A stretch of DNA of 64,000 nt from Isurus oxyrinchus (taxonomy: Eukaryota), in assembly GCA_026770705.1 (NCBI GenBank), contig JANJGN010000006.1:3348001-3412000 (forward strand), written 5' to 3'. The notes beneath the pieces were generated by a model, which saw only the letters and a list, made by a program, of their open reading frames with translations, was not told the DNA's origin and did no database searches. This document shows positions 52,582 to 63,592 of the stretch, one piece after another. A program made the position numbers and the translations under genes. The stretch's first letter is position 1, and each line of letters opens with the position of its first letter.

Positions 52582-53663
52582 GTTTTGCTGGTATTTTCAA
52601 AGCTCAGCATTGATAACATCCTTCAGTGGCGATACTTCCTGGTTATGTCAACCTCAAGATCTGAAGTTGTTTGATAAGTATACAGCACTGAATATCTAAA
52701 ACACAAATGAGGACTGTTATATGGAGAGTGAATCTAAGAGCCAAGCCATGGGTCCATGCAGAATGATTATGGACAGGGAAGAAGGCAAGAAAGGTTCAGT
52801 AGTAATTTTCTGCAGCCATGATTAGCAATCCTCCATGGTCTGTTGCCTCTTCGGTTGCAGAGCAAGGGATATAAATGAGTGGATGTGAAGGTTTTGAAAA
52901 TGGAAAGTGAGCAACCTGCTTTACTCCAAAACTACTGACATAATAAAAGAACAGGATGAAGGTATTGCAGAGGGAGTTTGAGGATTTTGGGGTTCGAATA
53001 AAAAGGATTCTGAGGTGTCAGCTTTTTTCATTCGTTCTTGAGATACGGATGTCGCTGGGTAAGCCAGCATTTATTGCACATCCCTAACTATCCTTAAGAA
53101 AGTGATGGTGGGCCAACTTTTTGAATCACTGCAGGCCATGTGGTGTCGGTACACCCACAGTGCTTTCAGGAACTGCTGTTAGTCAGCAGATTAGATAGAT
53201 GAAATGTGACTAGATAAGTGGTGTACTGGGAAGGATTTCAGGCTTCTAAGCTATTAGGATAATTTATAGGGCATTGGAAAATTCTCAAACTTAAGCTAAA
53301 GGAGGTTAGATAAAGCAGTGAGGAAGGATTTAAATCTGTGAGGTTGGGAAAAAGCAAATCTTGGAACACATACGGAAGAGATAAGATAGTGAAATATCAA
53401 AGGAAACTAAGATAGCATGCTTATGGTCAGGAGCAGGGGAAGTGGGTAAAGATATCAAGGATGATATGGAGAGTTACTGCAGGGTCAACTGGAGAAAGGT
53501 AATGAAAGGAAGAAGAAATAGGAGATAAAGTGTACTAAGGAGCATGAATGTATTAGGGGTTACAGTGTTTACCGGAATTGTTTATGTGTCAATATGCAAA
53601 GCATTAGAAATGAAGTCAAAACGAGGGCAAATTGAATTTAGATTTGTGCATTTGTCCTAGGTC

Positions 53664-53810
53664 TGCCTCTTTGCCCCACAGTCAGTGCAATTTGTGTGCC
53701 TCTTTGCCCCACAGTCAGTGCAATTTGTGTGCCTCTTTGCCCCACAGTCAGTGCAGTTTGTGTGCCTCTTTGCCCCACAGTCAGTGCAGTTTGTGTGCCT
53801 CTTTGCCTCA
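53664..53810. repeat. 33-bp minisatellite, 4 full copies plus a partial, inside a duplicate of the hAT right half (53616-54108)
   Basis: TGCCTCTTTGCCCCACAGTCAGTGCARTTTGTG at 53664, 53697, 53730 and 53763. Confidence 0.95.
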
Positions 53811-54605
53811 GCACAGCATTACATTTCCAGGTAACGCTTGGAAAGCACTTCCAAGTGAGACTGACAGAAAATGGGCAGCAGGAAGGTAGGAGATGTTTGT
53901 CTGAGTTGTTTACATCTGCAAAATGTGGTTTCCTCAGGACTTGGCAGGGAATCATCTTTGAAAAGAAGAAATGGCACTGATTTATGACTCTTGTTTCAGG
54001 AGAAGGTGAGGAGCTGCAAAAGGAAATCCTCGTGTTGTTGGGAGAGCATTGCTTCAGGGTGTCCCGGATTTCACTTTTGAAAATCTGGTCACCCTAGTTT
54101 TGCTGGTAATTGACAGTAATTGGAATGATGGAACATGATGTTAACACCTTGACAGAAAATTGGCATTAGTCAGGCAACACCGGGAGGTAAATGTTCCCTG
54201 CTATAAAATTTAAGGTTAGACTAATGATGGAAAACCAATTAAGTGCAAAAGAAACATTTTGAGAGACAAATTTTGAGGCAACAGGGATGATCTAAAGAAA
54301 CTTGACTGGGCAGCAGTCTTAGGGAGGTATTGAATGGAGACAACCGAGTTCTTGCTGCACAGCCGGCGAGAGCTGTATTTTGCCTCTTTCCAAGGGGGCC
54401 CGCTGCATAAAGTGCTAATCAGGCACTTAACTGGACAGTGGCAGGCTTTCCCTGGGATCAAGGACTCTGGGAGCAGAAGTCCCAGCCACCAAGAACTGCC
54501 AGCCAATCAGAGGCCAGCAGCTCTTCAAAGCTCGGCACAGAGAAAGTAGTGGCCACTGCTGGTACTATACACACAGAGCAAAGGGTATCATCCTATGCTT
54601 CTTAA

Positions 54606-55864
54606 TGTTAGGAAATAGAGACAGTCTAAGTAGGCTTTTTTTTTGTGGGTGTTAGGAATGCGTTTTAGCTTTAAAGTTTAAGTTTGATTTGTATTTCTGT
54701 TTCTGTGTGTTAAGTAAGGTCAAATTGAGTTTTAGTTTCATTTTAAAAGATGCTTGCATTTCTAATGAGAGTTTTACGGCTGTGAGCTAAGTTAAACAAA
54801 CAAGAGTAGAAGAACAGTTCTGTTGCTTAGCAACAGGCGTCCAGAGAGGCAGGTCCCTCCCACGGACACAGGAAAACTAAAGAAGCAGCAGTTTAAATTC
54901 AGTTTGAAACCATGACTCCAGACAGAGTGGACACTGGGAGAGGGAGCTGTAGATTTCTCAAAAGACCAAAAGGCTCCAAGGCCAAAGAAGTAAGGCAGAA
55001 ATAGGGGAAAGGCCCAAGCAGACCTTCTAGTGAAAGGAAGAACAGGAACCTGCAAAAGGTCTTGTTAATGAAGTTAAGAGTAAAGGGTAGAGGGAAAGGC
55101 TCCAAGCTTCAGATTTAAAGAGACAAAATCTGCAGAAAGCAGATTTAAAGCGAGAACAGCTTGCAAGAGGCAAGAAGGTCCAACAAGACAGCTGACGGTC
55201 TGTAACTCTTTGCTAGGGGCATGCGAAGCGGTGGTACTGTTGATGGCTGATCAGTAAGAGAGAGTGCATGGAAGACAGCTTGAATGCATGTGGTGACCCA
55301 GGGAAGAGGAACATCAGGAGAGTTCGAAACCCTGGAGGTAAACGCCTGAGAGAAAGCATCGGTTTGGGAGAAGATTCCAAGGCGAGGTCTCGGAGAGTGG
55401 AGATTGAAAACCCTCATGTGAAAGACAGAGTTCAGTGAGACTGGTGTGACAAGCATCTGCGGGGAGTTGAGGAGAGATCCATAGCACCTGGTTGAGGTGG
55501 CATCTGTCACTTGGTTTCAGTGTGGTGTTTCTGATCACAGGTCACCATAGGTTTACATGGACTGTGTGCTTACTTTGAACATTAGAATATAAGAAAGCTC
55601 TTTTAACTTCTGTTATCCTTTCAAATCTGAGTATATCTGTAAAGGTATAGTTGTGGATGAAGTGTTATTATAATAAATTTTATCTCTTTTGTTGAATAAA
55701 TGCTTTATTCTTTTGTTAAAAGTTCATCAGCTGACTCCTGTGACTCTGTTCAGTAGCTACTTTCCATGTATCGAAACAAATAAATTTAAAGTTAGGATCT
55801 ATAAGCTGGGTTCCACTCTGGGATCAGGCTTGTCCAGGGGTAACCTCAGTTGGGGATCATAACT
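54606..55864 (+). mobile_element. Solo LTR (1259 bp)
   Basis: CTTAA|TGTTA ... TAACT|CTTAA (5-bp TSD, terminal A mutated); AATAAA near 55695 gives the orientation. Confidence 0.8.
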
Positions 55865-55963
55865 CTTAATCATGAATCAGGAGCTGCTATTCAAACAGCA
55901 ATGTCTCCGCGCCAACAGTATTCTTAAAAAAAATCATGACAATAACTTGCATTTTAGTATTAC

Positions 55964-56156
55964 CTTCAGTTTCGTGAAGTAGTTCCTCTGAAAAACACAC
56001 TGCCAGTGCCACAGTGGGCCATGGAAATCCTTTCTCAGCAGCAAATATAATAGTATTGTACAGATAGTCTAGAAGAATGCCTGGTTTTAAATCTTTCTCT
56101 TCATCAAAAGTTTCCCATTTTAGCAATTTAATTAAGAGACAGCGACCATCTTCTTT
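55964..56156 (-). CDS. C8orf74: C8orf74 homolog, coding exon (193 nt; exon 2 by human numbering)
   Basis: TTTTAG|AAA acceptor and G|GTAATA donor; LLKWETFDEEKD..ILLDYLYNTIIFAAEKGFPW..FSEELLHETEG resembles human LLNWEEFDEQRD..ILLDTLYESIIFAVGKGFPW..FTEELLRETKG. Confidence 0.9.
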
Positions 56157-56242
56157 CTAAAAGCAAACAAATAAAAAGTTTATTTTCAGATAAACTTTTC
56201 CAACGATTTTTAAATTGAATTAAGATTACATAACAAAATATA

Positions 56243-56680
56243 AAACTGGATTTTATGGCACTTGCTAGCATGTTTGAAGGCAGGGAGCTTACCCTCCTTT
56301 AACCCTCCTCCCCCACCGGCCTCTCAAACTTGGCCCTCCACCTCCCTCACCAGGCAACCTGGCCCCACTGATACCCCAGACTTACATTAAGTCCAGTTTC
56401 CTTAACCACCTCTTCTTCGGGGATTGTCTGTAGTCCCAGCAGTGGACACCACTCAAACCTGGTACTGCTGGAATCTCAGAACTGTTGGCTGTCTTTATTG
56501 CCAGCAGCTCGCTAAGGTGGGACGTGCTCCCCAGAAGGGGGCGGAAGTCTTGCCCTGAGACAATTAACACCCCACTGAATGCAAAATGGCTGCCACTAGC
56601 CGGCTTTCTTGTGAGTGGGCTCCAGACCGACTTTTCAGCCATGGTGGGCGGGGAACACGGCTCTCCATAAAATCCGGCCC
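56243..56680. mobile_element. Harbinger-type MITE, degenerate left end
   Basis: CTGGATTTTATGG ... CCATAAAATCCGGCCC|ATG. Confidence 0.6.
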
Positions 56681-56904
56681 ATGGAACATTTCTAACTGGG
56701 CACAAAGTCTCAAGATATTACATAACCCAATGCAACAAATATCAGTCCTTTCTCATACAACCTACCACAAGGCACAAGACTATTCCATTCTGTACTGCAG
56801 AATGTGATGCTATACCGATTTACTGCTTGGTCTGTTCATAGTTAATGTACACAATGTTAAAATGCACTTTTTCCTTCTTTGAGATCGCCAATGCAATGTT
56901 CTAA

Positions 56905-58262
56905 CCTCAGAGGTGGGGAAACTATTGGAAGCAATTCTGAGGGACAGAAGTAATCTACGCTTGGAGAGGCAGGGATTAATCAAGGACAGTCAGCATGGTT
57001 TTGTTAAGAGGAGGTCATGTCTGACCAATTTGATTGTTCAAAGAGGTGACCAGGTGTGTAGATGAGGGCAATGCATTTGACTAGTCAACTTGGACTTCAG
57101 CAAGGCTTTTGATAAGGTCCCGCATAGGAGACTGATAACGAAAGGAAGAGCCCATGGGATCCAAGGCAATTTGGCAAATTGGATCCAGAATTGGCTGAGT
57201 GGCAGGAAGCAGAGGCTGATGGTCGAGGGGTGTTTTTGTGACTGGATGCCTGTGTCCAGTGGGGTTCCACAGGGATCCGTGTTGGGTCCCTTGCTGTTTG
57301 TGGCATATACAAACGATTTAGACTTGAATGTAAGAGGATTGATCAGTGAGTTTGCAGATGACACGAAAATTGGTTGGGTGGTAAATAGTGAGAATAGCCT
57401 TAGATTACAGGAGGATATAGACGGGCTGATCAGATGGGCTGAACAGTGGCAAATGGAATTTAATCCGGATAAGTGTGAGGTGATGCACTTGGGCAGGACA
57501 AACAAGGCACGGGAATACACGATGAATGGTAGGACCCTGGGAAGTACCGAGGATCAGATGGACCTTGGTGTACATGTCCACCGGTCCCTTAAGGTAGCGG
57601 GGCAGGTAGATCAGGTGGTTAAGAAGGCATATGGGAGACTTACCTTTATTATCCGAGGCATAGAATATAAAAGCAGGAGGTTATGCTGGAACTGTATTAA
57701 AATGCTGGTTAGGCCACAGCTAGAGTACTGTGTGCAGTTCTGGAATCTGCATTAATGGAAGGATGTGATTGCACTAGAGAGAGTGCAGAGGAGATTTACC
57801 AGGATGTTGCCTCTGCTGGAGAGTTTTAGTTATGAGGAGAGATTGGAAAAACTGGGGTTATTTTCCCTGGAGAAGAGGAGATTGAGGGGGGATATGATTG
57901 AGGTTATAAAATTATGAGGGACATAGATAGGATAGACAGGAAGGAACTTTTCCCCTTGGTGGAGGGATCAATAACCAGGGGTCAGAGATTTAAGGTAAGG
58001 GGCAGGAGGTTTAGAGGGGATGTGAGGAAGAATTTTTTCAACCCATAAGGTGGTGGGAATCTGGAACTCACTGCCTGAAAGGGTGGTAGAGGCAGAAACC
58101 CTCATAACATTTAAGAAATATTTGGATGTGCACTTGCGATGCCATGGCATACAAGGCTATGGGCCTAGTGCTGGAAAATGGGATTAGGATAGTTAGGTAC
58201 TTGTTTGACCAGTGCAGACTCGATGGGCTTTTTTCTGTGCTACAGACCTCTATGACTCTATA
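56905..58262 (+). mobile_element. CR1 LINE, 5'-truncated
   Basis: ORF 57090-57755: DFSKAFDKVPH, SGVPQGSVLGP, FADDTKIG; tail CTCTATGACTCTAT. Confidence 0.92.
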
Positions 58263-58814
58263 ATGCCAAAAAGTTCCCTCCCTTCCAACTAAGGTATTCC
58301 GAGGTGAATTGTAGCTCCCCTACCACAGTCTCCATTTAGAACACAGCACCTTCCAGTTCCACGTAATTGAGTACTTCCATCAAATCGCTAAGCCATTGGG
58401 GGAACATAGGTTTTTTTTTCAATGAACTGCTATAATATCTGGTGACGAAAGCATTTATTTTCAGATAGTTGAGTGTGCTAATCAGAGAAAGAGTCAGAAA
58501 GGAAAACAGCTAAGATAATCATAAAAAATTAAAGGCAAGGTTAACAAAAAGAAAACCCTCACAGAGGGTCAATTGAATTATATATTTTCAGCACAAACTT
58601 TTGGTGAAACCAAGTTCTGAAAATCTATTTTGTTACAATCTCTGTAGAGACCGACATCTTTTAAAAAGATTCAAACTTCCAGTTACTTGCTGAAAGAATG
58701 ACATGACAAGATTGCATGTTTGAAAACTTGTTACCGATGGGAGAGAGATGGTGGGATAACTTCTCCCCTTGCTCCTCATCTCTCAATTGTCTATAACAAG
58801 ATGTATTTAGAGGG

Positions 58815-59391
58815 AAAACAAAAACAGAATCACCTGGAAAAACTCAGCAGGTCTGGCAGCATCAGCGGAGAAGAAAAGAGTTGACGTTTCGAGTCCTCAT
58901 GACCCTTCGACAGAACTTGAGTTCGAGTCCAAGAAAGAGTTGAAATATAAGCTGGTTTAAGGTGTGTGTGTGGGGGGCGGAGAGAGAGAGAGAGAGAGAG
59001 GTTGGGGGGGGTTGGGGGGTGGGCGGTTGTATGGACAAACAAGCAGTGATAGAAGCAGATCATCAAAAGATGTCAACGACCATGGTACAATAGAACACAT
59101 AGGTGTTAAAGTTAAAGTTGGTGATATTATCTAAATGAATGTGCTAATTAAGAATGGATGGTAGGGCACTCAAGGTATAGCTCTAGTGGGGTTTTTTTTT
59201 ATATAATGGAAATAGGTGGGAAAAGGAAAATCTTTATAATTTATTGGAAAAAAAAGGAAGGGGGAAACAGAAAGGGGGTGGGGATGGGGGAGGGAGCTCA
59301 CGACCTAAAGTTGTTGAATTCAATATTCAGTCCGGAAGGCTGTAAGGTGCCTAGTCGGAAAATGAGGTGTTGTTCCTCCAGTTTGCGTTGG
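58815..59391 (-). mobile_element. Penelope-like element 3' end with a 10-bp TSD
   Basis: ATTTAGAGGG at 58805-58814 and 59392-59401; minus strand QRKLEEQHLIFRLGTLQPSGLNIEFNNFRS* (endonuclease C-terminus). Confidence 0.88.
58878..58918 (-). ncRNA. Minimal type I hammerhead-ribozyme-like motif (variant core)
   Basis: AGUU-CUGUCGA-A-GGGUC(AUGAG)GACUC-GAAAC-GUC-AACU: stems I and II pair; core position A6 is U. Confidence 0.5.
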
Positions 59392-61449
59392 ATTTAGAGG
59401 GGGTGTTTTGAAACCCTTTTATTGTGACTTTTAATAATAGACATGAGACAAGCTTTCTGATCAGTTTAAATCAGAAGAAAAGAAGCATTTATTCACATAA
59501 CACCTCAGTATGTAAACACAATGAAAACACGCACTCCCTCAAACACAGAAATGCACACACAGGAAGGAATAAACTCTAGAGATGAATCATGCACTTAAGT
59601 TTTCAACGGAATAACAAGAAGCAAAAAAAAAAAAAATCACATGTTTGAATCAATCCTTTTTTAAGATGTAACCTGGATGAATTCTCTCTTGTGGTTCTCT
59701 GGAGATTAATGAAATTTGGATGTCGCTGGGTTTCAAGAGAAGGTTATGGCTGAGTTTCTGTTGAGATGAATCCTTGCAGGTGAGGACAAATTCGCCCCTC
59801 TCTCACTGCCTGGGTTGACTGGCTGTATTTGGCAGGGTTCCTTTCTTCTTGTTGGAGGATAGTCCCTCTCGTGTCCCATTGGTCTCCAGACTGACGTCTC
59901 TCCAGGCTGGTTCTTAGAGTATTAAGAGCTGTTATCCTAAGTCAGTTTCAATTGCCAAATGATTAATACTTCTATTGTCCATGCAAATGATTACATTTTT
60001 CAAAGTTTTTTTTTATACATACCACTTTACACTGTGATGTTCATTGGCTCCAAAAAGTGTGCAGTGGGCCAAAGGACATAGAAGTTCCAGAGCTTGGCAT
60101 GAAGGCATGAGGGGACATACAGGGTGGGTGGAAGGGCAGAGATTAGCATGGGGGGGGCATGAGGGATCTGAAGGGATGTGTGGGGGGAATGAGGTGGCAT
60201 AGATGAAGAATGGAGACTGTTTGGAGGATGAAGGGGTGTGAGGGGTGAGTGCTGGCGAGCCTTTGTTTTTTTTTCCTGGGACAAAGTCCCACAGCCTGGA
60301 AGCAGGTCTTTTAAGTAGCCTGCCTCAGCACCCAGCAGCTCCTGTGGCTGCCTATGCACATCTTCCTGGGTCAGCTGGCCTGACCCCAGCTCACATCTGG
60401 ACCTCAGCAATGAAGATCTCACCTTTGCAGTTGGACCAGCAATTTTCCAAATTCTCCGTACCAACCTCAAGGATGAAAATTCATTGGCAATTCTACTCAT
60501 TGTAAACTCAGAGACAGCTGCCATTGTCTCCAAGCGTAAATACCTTGCATCTCCAAATTAGTAAAACAATCAAAGGCTTCCTTTGACCTCAAACAATCAA
60601 ACCACCCAGGTTTACTGCCAGGCAGACTGCTAAACAGATCACATGGCCCCCTTCATTTACCCTAAATTTAACACTGCAGTCCCAAAATATAATAACATTA
60701 TAAAGCTCATTATTGTAACAATTTAAAAATGAGATTATTGCCTGAGGAAGAGAAATATTAAAAGGCCTACGTATGAGCAGGAGAGGGGAATTAGATTGAG
60801 TGGCTCGTGTGCAGGCTTAATGGTTAAATTGCTTCTGTAACATTGTGATTCTATGACTGAATGGTCAACATGGTGATAACAGAGACACCCGCTTGGAGAT
60901 CAGATATCTTCAGAACTAGCTTGAAACCTTGGACAAGTAAAGGTTTACAACAGAGAAAGAAACATAAAATGAAATAACCTTGTCTTCAACATATTAACCA
61001 ACAGGATCCTGCAAACAAATCATCTTGTCCAGGTGCAGTCCAGCTGCTGCTTCAGCAAATGAAATATCTAATCCTGCTTTAAATGCATCTCGGTTGACCT
61101 GTTTCTGTTATGAATATCTGAAGAAAAAAAACAGCTGCTGGGGATTGGCCTTCAGCCAATCAAAGGTGATTTTTAAAAACATTTATAAACTTATAAGGCT
61201 CATTCTTAATTTTAACCCTATTTATTGCCTTTAAACTTCTTGGATTATTCTTTTACTGTCATAGTACCCCAAAAATGTCTGATTATTTTGTTTATTATAT
61301 CTAACAATGTTAACCACTGGTTGCCTATTTACACCTCTCAATATCTTGCAACAGCTTCTGAATAACTTGAACGTTACCCCCAAAACTAATATGAAACAGA
61401 AGAATCAGGTAAGTAAAAGTATTTAAACTTTCTTTGGAACGTGAAAAGA

Positions 61450-62090
61450 ATCCTATCAAATTATGGAATTGTAAACATTTTGTTAGGAGTTAAGTAGAAG
61501 TTTAGATCATAGGAACAGAGGAGAGAGTGAGAATAAAAGATTGATAGGGAAGGTAGTGGATGTGGAAAGTAGAGAAGTGGAAATTCAGCAGTGGACTGTT
61601 TGGAGTATTTGGAACAAGTGCAGTGCAGTGTTCTGTGACAGAAAAGTATTACGGAAACTGAAAGGGAGAAACTGAAAAGACAGTTGTGAGTCTGGCCTTG
61701 TTATATAGTGCAACTTTAGCAACATCAAGAAGAGAGGAACAACGACCAAATACTAATGATATGCGGATGCTGAGATGGATGGTGGAGAGAAAAGAAAGGA
61801 CAAATTCAGAGGGTGAGTGAAGATTGTGGGTGCATCGAGGAAAGTAACCGAGGAGAGATTGAAATGGTAGAGTCATCAGTTGTGGAGAAAGAGAGGAAAT
61901 GTGAAGAGGTGGGCGATGGCGATGGGGCTGCCAGGAAGGCCTAAGGTCAGGTGGAAAGATGTGGCGGCGATAGCTTTAAACACAGTGGGATTAGAAGGGG
62001 AATGGGTGACTGACAGGAGCAGATGGAGAAGGGGGATCAGTCAGCATTGAGACAAAGCCAAGTAAAATGGGAGAAGTCAAAAGAAGAAGG
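61450..62090 (+). mobile_element. Old RTE-clade LINE 3' fragment
   Basis: WNKCSAVFCDRKVLRKLKG..KTVVSLALLYSA..MRMLRWM on +. Confidence 0.65.
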
Positions 62091-62329
62091 AAAGGCAATG
62101 AATGAACTGCAATAAAGCTTTTGGTTTTTAAAATTATATTTAAGTTCTTTTATTTTGTTTATTTTAATCATATAGGATGGCTAAGGTAATATACTCTTGT
62201 CATTCCTTTTAATACCACAATATTGGTTTGTGAGCTGAAAACTAGAAAAAAGACCTTGCGAGGAAGTGTGAATTTCTCCGCATCTACAAAATTCTCTTAA
62301 GAGTTCCTTCTAGAAAAAGTTGCTTGTTA

Positions 62330-62925
62330 GTACAGAACTTGAATTTTGCTAAGAGAGACACATTCCAAGCATTTTTATCTTGCAAATTCAAGAATACCAA
62401 ATTTGGAACAATCACAACAATTTATACCACAAGAGAAAAGGGTGCTGATTGATTGGTAGGTCAACTCTGATTGGCTGAGGCATTGCTATGGAGAAAGCAA
62501 TGGGGAATGAAAAGCACCCCAAGCTCCCAGGTAATTCAAAATTGACACAAGACTTGAACATATACCTTTTGTTTGCGGAGAATGGATCCCTGCGTATGTC
62601 ACTTCTAGCGAGCATAAATGAGCCAAATTACAAGCTCCGCTGATTATCTTAAATCGATCCTTAGTGTAGTAACAGGATTGAACAACAGAATTGAACAGCA
62701 ACTGCTGCCCAATAGCAGAATAATATTAACAATGGATGTTTTGTTTTGGATTTTGAAAGTGTGGACTGGTTGAATATGGTACCACCGAAGGAACATGCCG
62801 TTTGATTTGATCAACCAATCACGGGGACATGCAGCCTATGTACCTGGCATTGCACTGGCACTGAAATTCATACACAACGTTGTTCAATTGTGTGTTACAG
62901 GCACAACATCCTTTTGGACTGGAGT
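62330..62925 (-). mobile_element. Old Penelope-like GIY-YIG fragment of the 13545-14970 family
   Basis: TACCTGGCATTGCACTGGCACTGAAATTCATA is the inverted homolog of 14598-14630; FKIISGACNLAHLCSLEVTY. Confidence 0.7.
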
Positions 62926-62929
62926 GTGG

Positions 62930-63592
62930 AAATCCACAAACAGAACTGTCCCGGTAGACCGATCGTGTCAGCTTGCTCCTGCCTCACAGAACTCATTTCT
63001 CGTTATCTTGACTCCCTTCTCTCTCCCCTTGTCCAGTCCCTCCCCACCTACATCCGTGATTCCTCTGACACCTTAGGTCACATCAACAATTTCCAGTTCC
63101 CTGGCCCCAACCGCTTCCTCTTCACCATGGACGTCCAATCCCTCTACACCTCCATCCCCCACCAGAATGGTCTGAGGGCCCTTAGCTTCTTCCTCGAACA
63201 GAGGCCCGAACAATCCCCATCCACCACTACTCTCCTCCGTCTGGCTGAACTTGTTCTCACACTGAACAATTTCTCCTTCAACTCCTCTCACTTCCTCCAA
63301 ATAAAAGGTGTGGCTATGGGTACCTGCTATGCCTGTCTCTTTATGGGGTATGTGGAACATTCCTTGTTCCAGTCCTACTCCGGCCCCCTTCCACAACTCT
63401 TTCTCCGGTACATCGATGATTACTTCGGTGCTGCTTCGTGGTCTCATCAGGACTTGGAAAAATTTATTCATTTTGCTTCCAATCTCCACCCCTCCATCAT
63501 TTTCATGTGGTCCATCTCTGACACTTCCCTTCCCTTCCTTGACCTCGCTGCTTCAATTTCTGGTGATAGACTGTCCACCAATATCCATTACA
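62930..63592 (+). mobile_element. Penelope-like reverse transcriptase fragment
   Basis: IHKQNCPGRPIVS, FTMDVQSLYTSIP, QIKGVAMGT and FLRYIDD. Confidence 0.9.

Larger units (their letters stand above)
51592..52665 (-). pseudogene. Decayed duplicate of part of C8orf74 exon 3 and its downstream intron (pieces 42381-42447, 51592-51816, 52582-52665)
   Basis: Colinear similarity to 40644-41015, e.g. the shared ACATATTGACACATTCAAAAGCAGGTAGTTG, and CATCCTTCAGTGGCGATACTTC vs CATCCTTCAGAGGTGGTACTTC. Confidence 0.85.

Noticed and set aside
1454-53810. CRISPR-like arrays suggested by the 40-bp, 33-bp and ~30-bp repeats
   Set aside because: Units are head to tail without unique spacers, there are no cas genes, and the context is vertebrate.
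58790-60720. Possible LTR hosting the Penelope insertion
   Set aside because: Ends with TGTAACA, but no convincing start or TSD was found.
60978-61117. Candidate C8orf74 first exon (good minus-strand TTTTTTTCTTCAG acceptor)
   Set aside because: All three frames hit stops, the donor is weak, and there is no similarity to the expected N-terminus; at most a UTR exon.
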